Counted from the stretch's first letter, positions 10,717 to 22,778 are shown. The stretch is 64,000 nt of DNA from Alphaproteobacteria bacterium (GCA_965232515.1 CBDDPY010000002.1:6336001-6400000); one strand, 5' to 3'. Notes: generated by a model not told the origin, from the sequence alone. Program-made: numbers and translations.

Positions 10717-13700
10717 ATGAGTGATTTGCTGCAAGATCTTCGTGAACGGGTGCTGTTGTGCGACGGCGGCATGGGCAGCCGCGTACAGGCCACCGATCTC
10801 GATGTGGACAATGATTTTCTAGGTAACGAGAACTGCACGGAAATCCTGAATCTCAGCCGGCCCGATCTCGTCCGCGATATCCACCTCGGCTATCTCCAGG
10901 TCGGCGCCGACATTCTCGAGACCAACAGTTTCGGCGGTTCCTCGATCACGCTCGGCGAGTTCGGCCTGCAGGAAGATGCCTTCGAGCTGAACAAGCGCGC
11001 GGCCGAACTGGCCCGCGAAGCCATTGCCGAGTTCGCCCATGACGGCCGGCGGCGCTTCGTCCTGGGCGCGATCGGTCCCGGCACCAAGCTGCCGAGTCTT
11101 GGGCAGGTCGACTACGACAGCCTGGAAGCCGCGCTGAAGCAGCAGGCGTCCGCCTTGATTGTCGGCGGCGTCGACGCCTTCATGATCGAGACGGTCCAGG
11201 ACACGCTGCAGATGAAGGCGGCGGTCAACGGCGCCAAGCTGGCGATTGCCGAGGCCGACCGCACACTGCCGATCCTGGTTCAGGTCACGGTCGAGACCAC
11301 GGGCACGCTGCTGGTCGGCGCCGACATCGCGGCCGCGGCGACCGTCGCGCACGCCTTGTCGGTCGACAGCCTGGGCCTGAACTGCGCCACCGGCCCGCAG
11401 GAGATGGCCGAGCATGTGAAGTGGGTCAGCGAGAACTGGCCGGGCATCACCTCGGTGATGCCGAACGCCGGCCTGCCGGAGTTGGTGAACGGCGAGCCGA
11501 GCTATCCGCTGACGCCCGACGAGCTGGCGAAATGGCTCGAGCGGTTCGTGCGCGAGGACGGCGTGAATCTCATCGGCGGCTGCTGCGGTACGACGAACGC
11601 ACATATCGCCGCGCTGGACGAGATGCTGCGGCGGGTGGGCGACGGCGACAGGCCGATACCGGTCCGGCGCACGCACCATTGGGTGCCCGGCGTCGCGTCG
11701 CTCTACGGCCATGTACCCTATCGGCAAGAGAACGCTTACCTGTCGATCGGCGAACGCTGCAACGCCAACGGCTCGAAGAAGTTCCGTGAGCTGCAGGCGG
11801 CCGAGGACTGGGAAGGCTGCGTCGCCATCGGCCGCGAGCAGGTCAAGGAAGGCAGCCACACGCTCGACGTCTGCACGGCCTATGTCGGCCGCGACGAGAT
11901 CGCCGACATGACGGCCGTGGTCGGCCGTTTGCGCGGCGCGGCCAACGCGCCGCTGGTGATCGACTCGACCGAATACCCGGTGCTGGAAGCCGCCATGAAG
12001 CTCTATGGCGGCAAGCCGATTATCAACTCGATCAACTTTGAGGACGGCGAGGAGCCGCCGGCCAAGCGTCTGGAACTGGCCCGCAAGTTCGGCGCCGGCG
12101 TCATCGCGCTGACCATCGACGAAGACGGTATGGCCAAGGACGTCGATGGCAAAGTGCGCATCGCGCAGCGGCTCTACGACTTCGCCGTCAACAAATACGG
12201 CCTGCCGCCGCAGGACCTGCTGTTTGATCCGCTCACCTTCACGATCTGCACCGGCAACGACGACGACCGCAAGCTCGGCCTGAACACGCTCGACGCCATC
12301 GAGCGCATCGCCGAGGAGCTGCCGGACTGCCAGATCATCCTGGGCCTGTCGAATATCTCCTTCGGCCTGAACGCGGCGGCCCGGCACGTACTGAATTCCG
12401 TGTTCCTCGACCATGCGCTCAAGCGCGGCATGACGGGCGCGATCCTGCACGTAAGCAAGATCATGCCGCTGCACGCCATTCCCGAAGAAGAAGTGCGGAT
12501 CGCCGAGGACCTGATCTTCGACCGCCGGTCCGACGGTTACGATCCGCTGCATGCCTTTATCGAGCTGTTCCAGGACCGGACCGCGGCGAAGACCGAAAAG
12601 GTCCGGCCCGAGACGGTCGAGGAGCGCCTGAAGCTGCGCATCATCGATGGCGACCGGCAGGATCTGGAGGCCGATCTCGACGAGGCCATGCAGATGCATC
12701 CGCCGCTCGACATCATCAACACCTTCCTGCTGGACGGTATGAAGGTGGTCGGCGAACTGTTCGGCGCCGGCAAGATGCAGTTGCCCTTCGTGCTGCAGTC
12801 GGCCGAGACCATGAAGGCTGCGGTCGCCTACCTTGAACCGCACATGGACCGGATCGAGGGGCAGGAGAAGGGCATCATCGTGCTGGCCACGGTGAAGGGC
12901 GATGTGCATGACATCGGCAAGAACCTGGTCGACATCATCCTCACCAACAACGGCTACAAGTGCGTCAATCTCGGCATCAAGCAGCCGATCTCGAACATCC
13001 TCACCGCCGCCAAGGAACACAAGGCCGACGCCGTCGGAATGTCGGGCCTGCTGGTCAAATCGACGGTGATCATGCGCGAAAATCTCGAGGAGATGACGCG
13101 CGAAGGTCTCGATATCCCGGTCATGCTGGGCGGCGCTGCGCTCACCCGGCGCTATGTCGAGGAAGACTGCCGTGCCGCCTATGCCTCGGGCGAGGTAGCC
13201 TATGCGCGCGACGCCTTCGACGGCCTGGAAATGATGTCGCAGATCGTCGACGGCACGTTCGCCGAGACACTGTCCAAGCAACAGAAGAAGCGCAACGGCC
13301 GGCCGGTGAACGGGCGGCGCAAGCTCGGTGAGCCGACCCTGCTGCCGCGGCCGGTCGATGCCGAGGAAATCCGCATCAAGCGCGAGGAGCTGGCGAACGG
13401 CGTCGACGTGCCGCGGCCGCCGTTCCTGGGCGACCGGCTGATCGACCGTGTCGAGCCGCGGGCGCTGCTGCCGTTCCTTAACGAGCGCATGCTTTACCAG
13501 TTCCATTGGGGCTACCGGAAGCAAGGCCGCCGCCTGGACGAGTACATGGAATGGTCGCGCAAGGAGCTGCGGCCGATCATGAACGACCTGGTCAGCCGCT
13601 GCGAGGACGAGGACATCCTGCATCCGCAGGCAGTCTACGGCTATTTCCTGGCCGCCGGCGACGGCAACGATCTGGTGCTGTTCGCCGAGGATGGCGAGAC

Positions 13701-14199
13701 TGAGCTGGCGCGGTTCGCGCTGCCGCGGCAGGACCGGGCGGGCGGCGTCTGCATCGCCGACTTCTTCCGCGATGTCTCGGCCGGCGAGCGCGACGTGATC
13801 GCGCTGCAGGCGGTGACCGTCGGCCAGCATGCCTCCGAAGTGGCCCGCGAGTGGTTCGAGCAGGACCGCTATCAGGACTATCTCTACCTGCACGGTCTCG
13901 GCGTCGAGATGGCCGAGGCCCTGGCCGAATACGTGCACAAGCGGATCCGCGGCGAACTTGGCTTCGCGCAGGACGACAGCCGTGACAAGGAGGCCCTGTT
14001 CAGCCAGGGCTATCGCGGCTCACGCTACTCCTTCGGCTATCCGGCCTGCCCCAATCTGGCCGACCAGCGCGTCCTGCTCGACCTGCTGAAGGCGGACCGG
14101 GTCGGGCTCGACATGGCCGACGAAGACCAGCTTCACCCCGAGCAGTCGACCAGCGCCATCGTCGTGCACCACCCGCAGGCGAAGTACTTCAGCGTCTAA
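10717..14199 (+). CDS. metH: Cobalamin-dependent methionine synthase
   Basis: GGCCGT, IGERCNANGS, B12-binding DVHDIGKN, RYSFGYPACP. Confidence 0.97.
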   Translation: MSDLLQDLRERVLLCDGGMGSRVQATDLDVDNDFLGNENCTEILNLSRPDLVRDIHLGYLQVGADILETNSFGGSSITLGEFGLQEDAFELNKRAAELAREAIAEFAHDGRRRFVLGAIGPGTKLPSLGQVDYDSLEAALKQQASALIVGGVDAFMIETVQDTLQMKAAVNGAKLAIAEADRTLPILVQVTVETTGTLLVGADIAAAATVAHALSVDSLGLNCATGPQEMAEHVKWVSENWPGITSVMPNAGLPELVNGEPSYPLTPDELAKWLERFVREDGVNLIGGCCGTTNAHIAALDEMLRRVGDGDRPIPVRRTHHWVPGVASLYGHVPYRQENAYLSIGERCNANGSKKFRELQAAEDWEGCVAIGREQVKEGSHTLDVCTAYVGRDEIADMTAVVGRLRGAANAPLVIDSTEYPVLEAAMKLYGGKPIINSINFEDGEEPPAKRLELARKFGAGVIALTIDEDGMAKDVDGKVRIAQRLYDFAVNKYGLPPQDLLFDPLTFTICTGNDDDRKLGLNTLDAIERIAEELPDCQIILGLSNISFGLNAAARHVLNSVFLDHALKRGMTGAILHVSKIMPLHAIPEEEVRIAEDLIFDRRSDGYDPLHAFIELFQDRTAAKTEKVRPETVEERLKLRIIDGDRQDLEADLDEAMQMHPPLDIINTFLLDGMKVVGELFGAGKMQLPFVLQSAETMKAAVAYLEPHMDRIEGQEKGIIVLATVKGDVHDIGKNLVDIILTNNGYKCVNLGIKQPISNILTAAKEHKADAVGMSGLLVKSTVIMRENLEEMTREGLDIPVMLGGAALTRRYVEEDCRAAYASGEVAYARDAFDGLEMMSQIVDGTFAETLSKQQKKRNGRPVNGRRKLGEPTLLPRPVDAEEIRIKREELANGVDVPRPPFLGDRLIDRVEPRALLPFLNERMLYQFHWGYRKQGRRLDEYMEWSRKELRPIMNDLVSRCEDEDILHPQAVYGYFLAAGDGNDLVLFAEDGETELARFALPRQDRAGGVCIADFFRDVSAGERDVIALQAVTVGQHASEVAREWFEQDRYQDYLYLHGLGVEMAEALAEYVHKRIRGELGFAQDDSRDKEALFSQGYRGSRYSFGYPACPNLADQRVLLDLLKADRVGLDMADEDQLHPEQSTSAIVVHHPQAKYFSV

Positions 14200-14214
14200 A
14201 CGTCAGTCGTTTGC

Positions 14215-14901
14215 CTACCAGGCGATCTCGCTGCCGTCGTAGTTCAGGAATTGCCCGTTGTTGGCCGGCGCCAGGCCGGCGATAACGCCGCGCATGCCGG
14301 TGACGCTGTCGTTTGGCGTCACGGGCGCGGCCGACCCGCCCATGTCTGTCTGCACATGGCCAGGATGGAACACGACAGTGACGACGCCGCGGTCGGCGAG
14401 CTCGTTGGACAGGCATGCCATCACCATGTTCACGGCCGCCTTGGACGAGCGGTAGACGATCGACCTGTCCTTGGCGTTGGCGATCGAGCCCATGCGGCTC
14501 GAGATGGTGATCAGCTTCTTCTCGCCGGCGAGCTGTCCAACGAACGCGTCGGCGACCCGCATGGGTCCAAAGACGTTGGTGTTCATGGTCGCCGCCCAGG
14601 CGTCATAGTCCATGTCGCCCAGACCGTCGCCGCGCGCGCCGATGATGCCGGCATTGTTAATCAGCACATCGAAGGTTTCGCTCGCCAGTTCCGCGTGCAA
14701 AGCGGCCACGGACGCGCCGTCGTCGACGTCCAGAGTGTGAACGGTCACGCGGCCCTCCGAGGCGGCGGCCAGCGCGTTGAGCTCCTCGGCCGCGGCCGGA
14801 TTCCGGCAACAGGCGAAGACGCGCCAGCCGTCGGCGGCGTACTGCCGGACGAATTCGCGGCCGATACCGCGGCTGGCGCCTGTGATGAAGATGTTTGGCA
14901 T
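14215..14901 (-). CDS. SDR oxidoreductase (CsgA/C-factor-like)
   Basis: TGASRGIG, NNAG, YRSSK, HPGHVQTDMGG motifs. Confidence 0.9.
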   Translation of the reverse strand: MPNIFITGASRGIGREFVRQYAADGWRVFACCRNPAAAEELNALAAASEGRVTVHTLDVDDGASVAALHAELASETFDVLINNAGIIGARGDGLGDMDYDAWAATMNTNVFGPMRVADAFVGQLAGEKKLITISSRMGSIANAKDRSIVYRSSKAAVNMVMACLSNELADRGVVTVVFHPGHVQTDMGGSAAPVTPNDSVTGMRGVIAGLAPANNGQFLNYDGSEIAW

Positions 14902-14959
14902 GGCGCGGTTATGCCTTATGCGCGCCACGGCGTAAACGCCCGATCTGGGCGTTGCGCGT

Positions 14960-15886
14960 CTAAATGACCCGGCGATAGATCGGCAACGCGATCAGCGGCA
15001 GCATGTACATCGGCAACTGCGCGATGGCGAAGTAGATCACCAGATCCATCGGCGCCGTGTCGACCAATGTCGCCAGCAAGATGCCCATGTTGCAGTTGCC
15101 GGCCATCAGGCCGATGGTCAGCGCGGGACGGCGGCCGATCTTCCAGAACGCGACCGCGCCGAACGCTTGCAGGGCGCCGTTGGCGACGAAGGCCAGCGTC
15201 ACGGTCAACAGCACGTAGCCTGGCTGCGCGATGGCGAACTCGGTGACGCCGGCCATGATCGCGGTCGCGAAATAGACCAGACCGATCACGGCCAGGCCGT
15301 CGATGCGCCGCGCGTTGCGCACCAGGAACGCTTCGGACACCAGCCACTTGCGGATCACGAAGGCGATCGCGAAGGCGATGCCGATCACCAGACCCAGCCG
15401 CAGCATGAGTTCGCCAACGCCGATATCGAGCTCCATGCCCAGGAGCCAGAGCGCCATCACGGGCAGCGTGAAGGGCACGATCGCGTGGGTCGCCACGACG
15501 ACGAAGATGGCAAGCGCCGCGTCCAGGCCCAGCAGCAACGCGAAGGCCGCGGCGGACATGATCGGTGGCGCCGCGGCCATCAGCACGACGGCGGCATGCA
15601 GGCCGAGCGGCAGGCCGAACGGCTGCATGATCAGCGAGACGGCGACAGGGCAGATCAAGAGCAGGAAGACGATGTTGGCGCCGATCAGATAGGGCCGGTT
15701 CAGATAGGAACGCACCTCGGTCAGGTCGAGCCGCAGCAGCGCCACGACCAGGTTCACCACGACGAAGGTCGTCAATCCCGGCCGCAGCAAATCCGCGAGC
15801 GGCGGTATGGCAAGGCCAAGAAAAACCGCGCCGGCCAACAGTTTCGTGGCATGGCGCGCCAGCCACTCGAGGAACGCTCCGATCAC
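14960..15886 (-). CDS. Bile acid:Na+ symporter (BASS)-like membrane transporter
   Basis: ~9-10 TM helices; AAAPPIMS and GNCNMG motifs typical of the family. Confidence 0.7.
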   Translation of the reverse strand: MIGAFLEWLARHATKLLAGAVFLGLAIPPLADLLRPGLTTFVVVNLVVALLRLDLTEVRSYLNRPYLIGANIVFLLLICPVAVSLIMQPFGLPLGLHAAVVLMAAAPPIMSAAAFALLLGLDAALAIFVVVATHAIVPFTLPVMALWLLGMELDIGVGELMLRLGLVIGIAFAIAFVIRKWLVSEAFLVRNARRIDGLAVIGLVYFATAIMAGVTEFAIAQPGYVLLTVTLAFVANGALQAFGAVAFWKIGRRPALTIGLMAGNCNMGILLATLVDTAPMDLVIYFAIAQLPMYMLPLIALPIYRRVI

Positions 15887-15953
15887 GTTTCCATCCGCCG
15901 GCGCGCATCGAGACGCCGTTTGTTATCGGCCCCGTGCGGGCCTGTTGTATCGC

Positions 15954-18900
15954 CTACTCGGCCGCGACTCGGGCCCCGACCGGCTCGCCGTAGCCGCCGC
16001 CCCCGGGCGTCTCGATCACGAAGGTGTCTCCCGCCGCCATCTCGACCTGATCGCAGCCCGACAACTCCTCGACGCCGCCGTCGGCACGCTCGACGGCGTT
16101 GCGCCCGCACTTGCCCGGCCCGCCGCCGTTCAGCCCGAAGGGCGCGATGCGGCGGTGGCTCGACAGGATTGCCGCCGTCATCGGCTCCAGGAACCTGACC
16201 CGTCGGACAATGCCGTCGCCGCCATGCCAGCGGCCAGGGCCGCCCGAGCCGTGACGGACGGCAAAGCTCTCGAGCAGCACCGGGAACCGCCATTCCAGCA
16301 CTTCCGGATCGGTCAGGCGGGTGTTGGTCATGTGCGTGTGCACGGCGCTGGCGCCGTTGAAGCCGTCGCCGGCCCCGGCGCCGCCACAGATGGTCTCGTA
16401 GTACTGGTACGTGTCGTTGCCGAAGGTGAAGTTGTTGTTGGTGCCCTGGGCGGCGCCGACCGCGGCGAACGCGCCGAACAGCGTATCGGTGATGCACTGT
16501 GAGGTCTCGACGTTGCCGGCGACGACGGCGGCGGGGTACTGCGGCCGCAGCATACAGCCCTCGGGCAGGATCACATCAATCGGCTTCAAGCAGCCGGCGT
16601 TCAACGGGATGTCGTCGTCCACGAGGCAGCGCAGCACGTAGAGGATGGCCGCCATGCACACGGCGGTCGGCGCGTTGTAATTCGTCTCGCGCTGCGGCGA
16701 CGTGCCACTGAAATCGAGCGTCGCGCGCCGGTTTTCCGGATCGAGCCGTACTTCCACCTTGATTACCGCGCCGTCGTCCATTTCGTAGGCGAACCGGCCG
16801 GGCTTCAGGCGGTGCAGCAGCCGGCGCACGCTCTCCTCGGCATTGTCGCGGACATAGGCCATGTAGGCCTGGACCACGTCGATACCGAAATGCGCGACCA
16901 TCTTGTTCAGCTCGTCGACGCCCTTGGCGTTGGCTGCGATCTGGGCCTTGAAGTCGGCGATGTTCACGCGCGGGCTGCGGGCCGGGTAGGGGCAGTCGGT
17001 GAGCAACCGCATGGTCTCGGCTTCCAGGAAGCGTCCCTGGTCGACCAGCTGGAAGTTGTCGATCAGCACGCCTTCCTCGTCGACCGTCCGGCTCCACGGC
17101 GGCATCGAGCCCGGCGTGATGCCGCCGATGTCGGCGTGATGGCCGCGCGAGGCGACGAAGAAGCGCAGTTCCTTGCCCGTCTCGTCGAACACCGGCGTGA
17201 TCACGGTGACATCCGGCAGATGCGTGCCGCCGTTGTAGGGCGCATTCAGCATATAGACGTCGCCCGGCCGCATCTCGCCGGCGCGCTGGCGTGCGATCGA
17301 CTCGACGCTCTCGCTCATCGAGCCGAGATGCACCGGGATATGCGGCGCGTTGGCGACCAGTTGCCCATCGTGATCGAACAGCGCGCAGGAGAAGTCCAGG
17401 CGCTCCTTGATGTTCACCGACGACGCCGTGTTCTCCAGCGCGACGCCCATCTGCTCGGCGATCGACATGAACAGATTGTTGAAGATCTCCAGCATCACCG
17501 GATCGACGTCGGTGCCGACGGCGACCCGGCGTGGCAGCGCCACCACCCGGGTCAGAACGAGATCGCCGCGGCCGGTCAGCACGGCCTGCCAGCCGGGCTC
17601 GACGATCGTCGTGCCCGTGCTCTCGACGATGACCGCCGGGCCATCGATGCGGTTGCCGGACGTCAATCGGTCGCGGTCGTACACCGGCGCCTGCCGCGTC
17701 TCGCCATCGAGATAGGCCGCGACCTGGGCGATCGGCGCCGCCTCGGCATTCGCCGCATCGTCCCGGCTGGTCTCCAGCGCGTCGTCGATCGACTCGCCGC
17801 CACCGACGACCTCGACCGAGACCGCTTCGACGATGTGCGCCTTGCTGTCGTCGGTGAAGCCGAACTGCTGCCGATGGGCCGCATCGAAGGCGGCGCGGAT
17901 CTCGGCGAGCGCGCCGTAAGGCACGACAAGTGCCGTGTCCGATCCTTCGTAGCGCAGATGCACACGCCGAAGGACATCGATGTCTTCGGCCGCGACGCCC
18001 TGGCCTTCCACCTCCGCCCGACCGTCGGCGGCGAGCGAGTCGAGCGTTGCCGACAGCTCGGTCACCAGCCCGTCGTCGAGCACCGCTTCGACGGCGCGTT
18101 CGCGCATCGCCGTGATGTCGGCGAGGCCCATGCCATAGGCCGACAGCACACCGGCATAGGGGTGGATCAGTACCTGCTTCATGCCCAGCGAATCCGCCAC
18201 CAGACACGCATGCTGGCCGCCGGCGCCGCCGAAGCAGGTCAGGACGTATTCGGTGACGTCATAGCCGCGTTCGATCGAGATCTTCTTGATGGCGTTCGCC
18301 ATGTTCTGCACGGCGATCTTCAGGAAGCCGTCGGCGATTTCCTCAACGGTCTTGGTCTCGCCCGTCGCTTGGGCGACCTCGGCCGCGAGGTCCGCGAACT
18401 TCTCGGCGACGACGGCGGCGTCCAGAGCCTCGTCGCCGTTCGGCCCGAACACCTTGGGAAAGAAATCGGGGTTCAGCTTGCCCAGCATGACGTTGCAGTC
18501 GGTGACCGTCAGTGGGCCGCCGCGGCGATAGCAGGCCGGGCCGGGATTGGCGCCGGCGCTGTCCGGGCCGACCCGGAACCGGCTGCCGTCGAAGTGCAGG
18601 ATCGAGCCGCCGCCGGCTGCCACCGTATGGATGTCCATCATCGGCGCCCGCATGCGCACGCCGGCGACCTCGGTCTCGAAGGCCCGTTCGAAGACGCCGG
18701 CATAGTGCGAGACGTCGGTCGACGTGCCGCCCATATCGAAGCCGATGATTTTGTCGAAACCCGCCGCCGAGGTTGTGCGCACGGCGCCGACCACGCCGCC
18801 GGCCGGGCCAGAGAGAATGCAGTCGCGGCCCTGAAACAGTCGGGCGTCGGTCAGGCCGCCCGACGATTGCATGAACATCAGGCGCGTACCGCCAAGCTCG

Positions 18901-19610
18901 GCCGCGACCTGATCGACGTAACGCCGCAGGATCGGCGACAGGTAGGCGTCGACCACGGTCGTGTCGCCGCGGCTCACCAGCTTCATCAGCGGACTGGTCT
19001 CGTGGCTGGTCGACACCTGCGTGAAGCCGATCTCACGCGCCAGCTCGGCGATGCGGGTCTCGTGTGCCGTGTGCCGGTAGCCGTGGATGAAGACGATGGC
19101 GCAGCCGCGGATACCGTCATCGAACGCCGCCTGCAGGTCGCGTCGCGCCCCCTCGACATCGAGCGGCGTGATCTCGTTGCCGTGCGCGTCGATCCGCCCG
19201 GCGACCTCGATCACCTGCTCGTACAATAGTTCCGGCAGCTCGATGTTGAGCGCGAACAGCTTGGGCCGGTTCTGATAGCCGATCCGCAGCGCGTCCCGGA
19301 AACCGCTGGTCGTGACCAGCAGCGTGCGCTCGCCCTTGCGCTCCAGCAGCGCGTTGGTGCCGACCGTGGTGCCCATCTTCACGCTGGCGATACGTTCGGT
19401 GGGGATCGCCGCGTCACGCGAGATCTGCATCAGGTCACGGATGCCCTGCAGCGCCGCGTCGGCATAGTGCTCCGGGTTCTCCGACAACAGCTTGTGGGTG
19501 GTGTGGCTGCCGTCCGGTCGCCGGGCGACGATATCCGTGAAGGTGCCGCCACGGTCGACCCAGAACTGCCAGCGGCTATCCGCCGCCGATTCCACCACTG
19601 TTTCAGCCAT
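15954..19610 (-). CDS. ATP-dependent 5-oxoprolinase / fused hydantoinase A+B
   Basis: [47 protein letters not shown]. Start at ATG 19610 (MAETVV). Confidence 0.93.
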   Translation of the reverse strand: MAETVVESAADSRWQFWVDRGGTFTDIVARRPDGSHTTHKLLSENPEHYADAALQGIRDLMQISRDAAIPTERIASVKMGTTVGTNALLERKGERTLLVTTSGFRDALRIGYQNRPKLFALNIELPELLYEQVIEVAGRIDAHGNEITPLDVEGARRDLQAAFDDGIRGCAIVFIHGYRHTAHETRIAELAREIGFTQVSTSHETSPLMKLVSRGDTTVVDAYLSPILRRYVDQVAAELGGTRLMFMQSSGGLTDARLFQGRDCILSGPAGGVVGAVRTTSAAGFDKIIGFDMGGTSTDVSHYAGVFERAFETEVAGVRMRAPMMDIHTVAAGGGSILHFDGSRFRVGPDSAGANPGPACYRRGGPLTVTDCNVMLGKLNPDFFPKVFGPNGDEALDAAVVAEKFADLAAEVAQATGETKTVEEIADGFLKIAVQNMANAIKKISIERGYDVTEYVLTCFGGAGGQHACLVADSLGMKQVLIHPYAGVLSAYGMGLADITAMRERAVEAVLDDGLVTELSATLDSLAADGRAEVEGQGVAAEDIDVLRRVHLRYEGSDTALVVPYGALAEIRAAFDAAHRQQFGFTDDSKAHIVEAVSVEVVGGGESIDDALETSRDDAANAEAAPIAQVAAYLDGETRQAPVYDRDRLTSGNRIDGPAVIVESTGTTIVEPGWQAVLTGRGDLVLTRVVALPRRVAVGTDVDPVMLEIFNNLFMSIAEQMGVALENTASSVNIKERLDFSCALFDHDGQLVANAPHIPVHLGSMSESVESIARQRAGEMRPGDVYMLNAPYNGGTHLPDVTVITPVFDETGKELRFFVASRGHHADIGGITPGSMPPWSRTVDEEGVLIDNFQLVDQGRFLEAETMRLLTDCPYPARSPRVNIADFKAQIAANAKGVDELNKMVAHFGIDVVQAYMAYVRDNAEESVRRLLHRLKPGRFAYEMDDGAVIKVEVRLDPENRRATLDFSGTSPQRETNYNAPTAVCMAAILYVLRCLVDDDIPLNAGCLKPIDVILPEGCMLRPQYPAAVVAGNVETSQCITDTLFGAFAAVGAAQGTNNNFTFGNDTYQYYETICGGAGAGDGFNGASAVHTHMTNTRLTDPEVLEWRFPVLLESFAVRHGSGGPGRWHGGDGIVRRVRFLEPMTAAILSSHRRIAPFGLNGGGPGKCGRNAVERADGGVEELSGCDQVEMAAGDTFVIETPGGGGYGEPVGARVAAE

Positions 19611-19790
19611 ACGCCGGGCTCCCAACCAAATTCGCCCGCAGTATACGCAGAATGCGATGCGCGGGAAGGTGCCTGCACGGCCACATTGCTGCCGCATTCC
19701 ATCGCGACGTTCGCCCGCGTTCCGCGCCGTCTGGCATGGCGGCGGCGCTGGCGGTATTGTCCTGGCCATGACCGATCGACGAACAGCGCG

Positions 19791-20519
19791 ATGAGCATTT
19801 GGGGGAAGATAATCGGTGGTGCGGCCGGCTTCGCGCTGGGCGGGCCGTTGGGCGGCCTGCTGGGCGGCCTGGCGGGCCATGCGGTCGATCGCCTGTCCGG
19901 TCCGGGCGAGGAAGGAGCCGACGGCACCAAGCAGATCGCCTTCACCATTGGCGTGATCGTGCTGGGCGCCAAGATGGCCAAGGCCGACGGGGTCGTCACC
20001 CGCGACGAGATCCAGGCCTTTCGCGAGGTCTTCTCGGTGCCGCAGGACGAGATGGAAAATGTCGGCCGCGTGTTCAATCTGGCGCGCCGTGACGCCAGCG
20101 GCTTCGAGCCCTATGCCCGGCAGATCGCACGCCTGTTCCAGGAGAACAAGCAACCGCTGGAAGATCTGCTGCACGGCCTGTTCCACATCGCCAAGGCCGA
20201 TAACGTGGTGCATCCGGCCGAGCTCGAGTTCCTGAAATCGGTGGCGGAGATCTTCGGCTTCAGCGAGGCGGATTTCGCGCGCATCCGCACCTATCACATG
20301 CCGCCCGACGCGCAGGACCCGTACATCATCCTCGACGTCGCGCACGATGCCAGCGACGACGACGTCAAGCGGGCCTACCGGCGGCAGGTGCGGGAGAACC
20401 ATCCCGACAAGCTGATCGCCGAGGGGTTGCCGCAGGAATTCGTCGACGTGGCGAACGAGAAGGTCGCGGCCATCAACGAAGCCTACGAGTCCATCGCCAA
20501 ACAGCGCGGTCTGAATTGA
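19791..20519 (+). CDS. djlA: Co-chaperone DjlA (TerB plus J domain)
   Basis: MSIWGKIIGG; AKMAKADG; J-domain HPD motif. Confidence 0.92.
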   Translation: MSIWGKIIGGAAGFALGGPLGGLLGGLAGHAVDRLSGPGEEGADGTKQIAFTIGVIVLGAKMAKADGVVTRDEIQAFREVFSVPQDEMENVGRVFNLARRDASGFEPYARQIARLFQENKQPLEDLLHGLFHIAKADNVVHPAELEFLKSVAEIFGFSEADFARIRTYHMPPDAQDPYIILDVAHDASDDDVKRAYRRQVRENHPDKLIAEGLPQEFVDVANEKVAAINEAYESIAKQRGLN

Positions 20520-20529
20520 CGGGGCTGAC

Positions 20530-21276
20530 GTGAGCGGCGGCATCATCGACCGGCCTTCGCCCAATCACAACGAGCGGCCGGCCGACGCCGCCATCGACAT
20601 TCTCCTGCTGCATTACACCGGCATGCCGACCGCGGCGGGCGCGCTGGACCGGCTCTGCGATCCGGCGGCCAAGGTCAGCGCCCACTATCTGATCGACGAG
20701 GACGGCACGACCTACGCGCTCGTCGATGAAGACCGGCGCGCCTGGCATGCCGGCGTCAGCTATTGGCAGGGGGAGCGGGACATCAATGGCCGGTCGGTCG
20801 GCATCGAGCTGGTCAATCCCGGCCACGAGTTCGGTTACCGACCGTTTCCCGAGCCGCAGATCCGGGCGCTGATCGGGCTTTGCCACGACATTCTGGCGCG
20901 GCATGCAATCCCGGCCGCGCGGGTGCTGGGTCATTCCGACGTCGCGCCGGCGCGCAAGGAGGATCCCGGCGAGCTGTTCGACTGGCCAAGGCTGGCAGCC
21001 GAAGGCATCGGCCTCTGGCCAACAGACGCACCATCGGTCTCGGCACGGCAGACAGTGGCGCCGGGGGCGGCGGGACCGGCTGTGCAGGAATTGCAACGGA
21101 CGCTTGCGGCATACGGTTACGAGGCCGCGGGCGATGGGCTCTACGACACCGGCCTCGCCTTCATCGTCAAAGCTTTCCAGCGACATTGGCGGCCAAAGGG
21201 TGTTGACGGGGTCGCCGACGGCGAGACCCAGGCCATCCTCCACCACCTGCTTGACCGGGTCGGAGATGCGGCTTAG
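20530..21276 (+). CDS. amiD: N-acetylmuramoyl-L-alanine amidase (Amidase_2 plus PG-binding; AmiD-like)
   Basis: LLHYTGM, VSAHYLI, RAWHAG, GHSDVAPARKEDPG, AFQRH motifs. Confidence 0.9.
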   Translation: MSGGIIDRPSPNHNERPADAAIDILLLHYTGMPTAAGALDRLCDPAAKVSAHYLIDEDGTTYALVDEDRRAWHAGVSYWQGERDINGRSVGIELVNPGHEFGYRPFPEPQIRALIGLCHDILARHAIPAARVLGHSDVAPARKEDPGELFDWPRLAAEGIGLWPTDAPSVSARQTVAPGAAGPAVQELQRTLAAYGYEAAGDGLYDTGLAFIVKAFQRHWRPKGVDGVADGETQAILHHLLDRVGDAA

Positions 21277-21286
21277 CTAATACCTA

Positions 21287-21680
<394 letters not shown>

Positions 21681-21696
21681 CGCCCGCCTCGCCGCC

Positions 21697-22518
21697 TTAG
21701 CGCCGGGCCGTCCAGCGCGCGCCGCCGAGGCGGCCCGTTTCGATGGCTTCGACAAAGAAAATGTAGGCGTCCACGTAGGCGGCGTGCCGTTCGGGTCCGA
21801 ACTGGGCCACGGTGTCTTCGCGCATCGAACGGTACATCTCCAACCGCTCGCGCAGGATACGCCGCCACATCGGCGACAGGTCCTGCATGGCCACGTCCCG
21901 AAAGCCCGCTGCCTCGATGAACCGCCGGTAGCTGCCCGCGTCGTGGATCGCGATGGCGGCGATGCCGTCGGCGAGCCGGGTGCGGTCGCTGTCGCCGAGC
22001 GCGGGCCCAGCAAGCCAGTCGGTGAACGCCAGCTTTCCGCCGGGCCGCAGAACGCGATGGCACTCGGCGAAGAGGGCGGATTTGTTGGCGATGTGCAGGA
22101 ACGCTTCCTGCGCGATCACCGCATCGAAGCTGGTCCCGGGGAGTGGCAGAGCGGTGGCGTCGCCGCGGGCGAACCTGACCCGATCCTGCAGGCCGACCAT
22201 GGCGGAAAGCCGCGTGGCGCCACGCACCCGGCTGTCGTTGAGATCGATCCCGACAACCTCGGCGCCGTACCGTTCGGCCAGAAATCGGGCTGGGCCGCCC
22301 ATGCCGCTGCAAACATCGAGCACCCGGCTGCGCGCCGCGACGCCGGCACCGTCGGCCAGCGCGGCGACGGCATCGAGTCCGCCATAATGGTCCTGATCGA
22401 AGTCGTAGAGGTCGGTCGGGCTCAGGGCGTCGGGGTCTTTCCCGGCCCGCTCGAGCGCGGATCGGATCTGCAATTCGTTGATCGGGTGCTCGTCGTAGAA
22501 GGCAACGACCGGGTCCAT
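21697..22518 (-). CDS. Class I SAM-dependent methyltransferase
   Basis: DQDHYGG, VLDVCSGMGG, RVLRPGG motifs; resembles the sarcosine/sterol/tocopherol MTase-like group. Substrate unknown. Confidence 0.85.
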   Translation of the reverse strand: MDPVVAFYDEHPINELQIRSALERAGKDPDALSPTDLYDFDQDHYGGLDAVAALADGAGVAARSRVLDVCSGMGGPARFLAERYGAEVVGIDLNDSRVRGATRLSAMVGLQDRVRFARGDATALPLPGTSFDAVIAQEAFLHIANKSALFAECHRVLRPGGKLAFTDWLAGPALGDSDRTRLADGIAAIAIHDAGSYRRFIEAAGFRDVAMQDLSPMWRRILRERLEMYRSMREDTVAQFGPERHAAYVDAYIFFVEAIETGRLGGARWTARR

Positions 22519-22639
22519 GGCGGCCTCTGATTGGCGTGCAAATTCGGCAATGCGGGTTCAATTCCGGGATGCCGTGAATTCTGTCCCGACCATGCTAGAG
22601 CCGATCCGCGGCGGTCGCGAGTCCATCCCTCTATTTTGA

Positions 22640-22654
22640 GAACATAAAAAGAAC
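22640..22654. promoter_or_regulatory. Alphaproteobacterial LexA (SOS) box
   Basis: GAAC-ATAAAAA-GAAC, i.e. GTTC-N7-GTTC on the minus strand, with an AT-rich spacer. Confidence 0.65.
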
Positions 22655-22778
22655 ATAGTTCTGCCGCAATTTGCAACTATGCCGGTTCTTGACCTTTAGC
22701 CGATCACTGCCGACGCGGGTTCGTGATGTCCCTCCGAAGACTTCCGTGGAACACAAATTTGACTTGGATTTGGGGCGT

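Noticed and set aside
10819-13938. 1039-aa antisense ORF over metH, and similar long shadow ORFs (e.g. 16812-19229, 43829-45946, 2493-4010)
   Set aside because: They mirror real genes on the opposite strand, have no recognisable motifs, and are expected in high-GC coding DNA.
19611-20564. N-terminal extension making the oxoprolinase ORF 1536 aa
   Set aside because: It is the antisense of djlA; family homology begins at MAETVV...WQFWVDRGG (19610).
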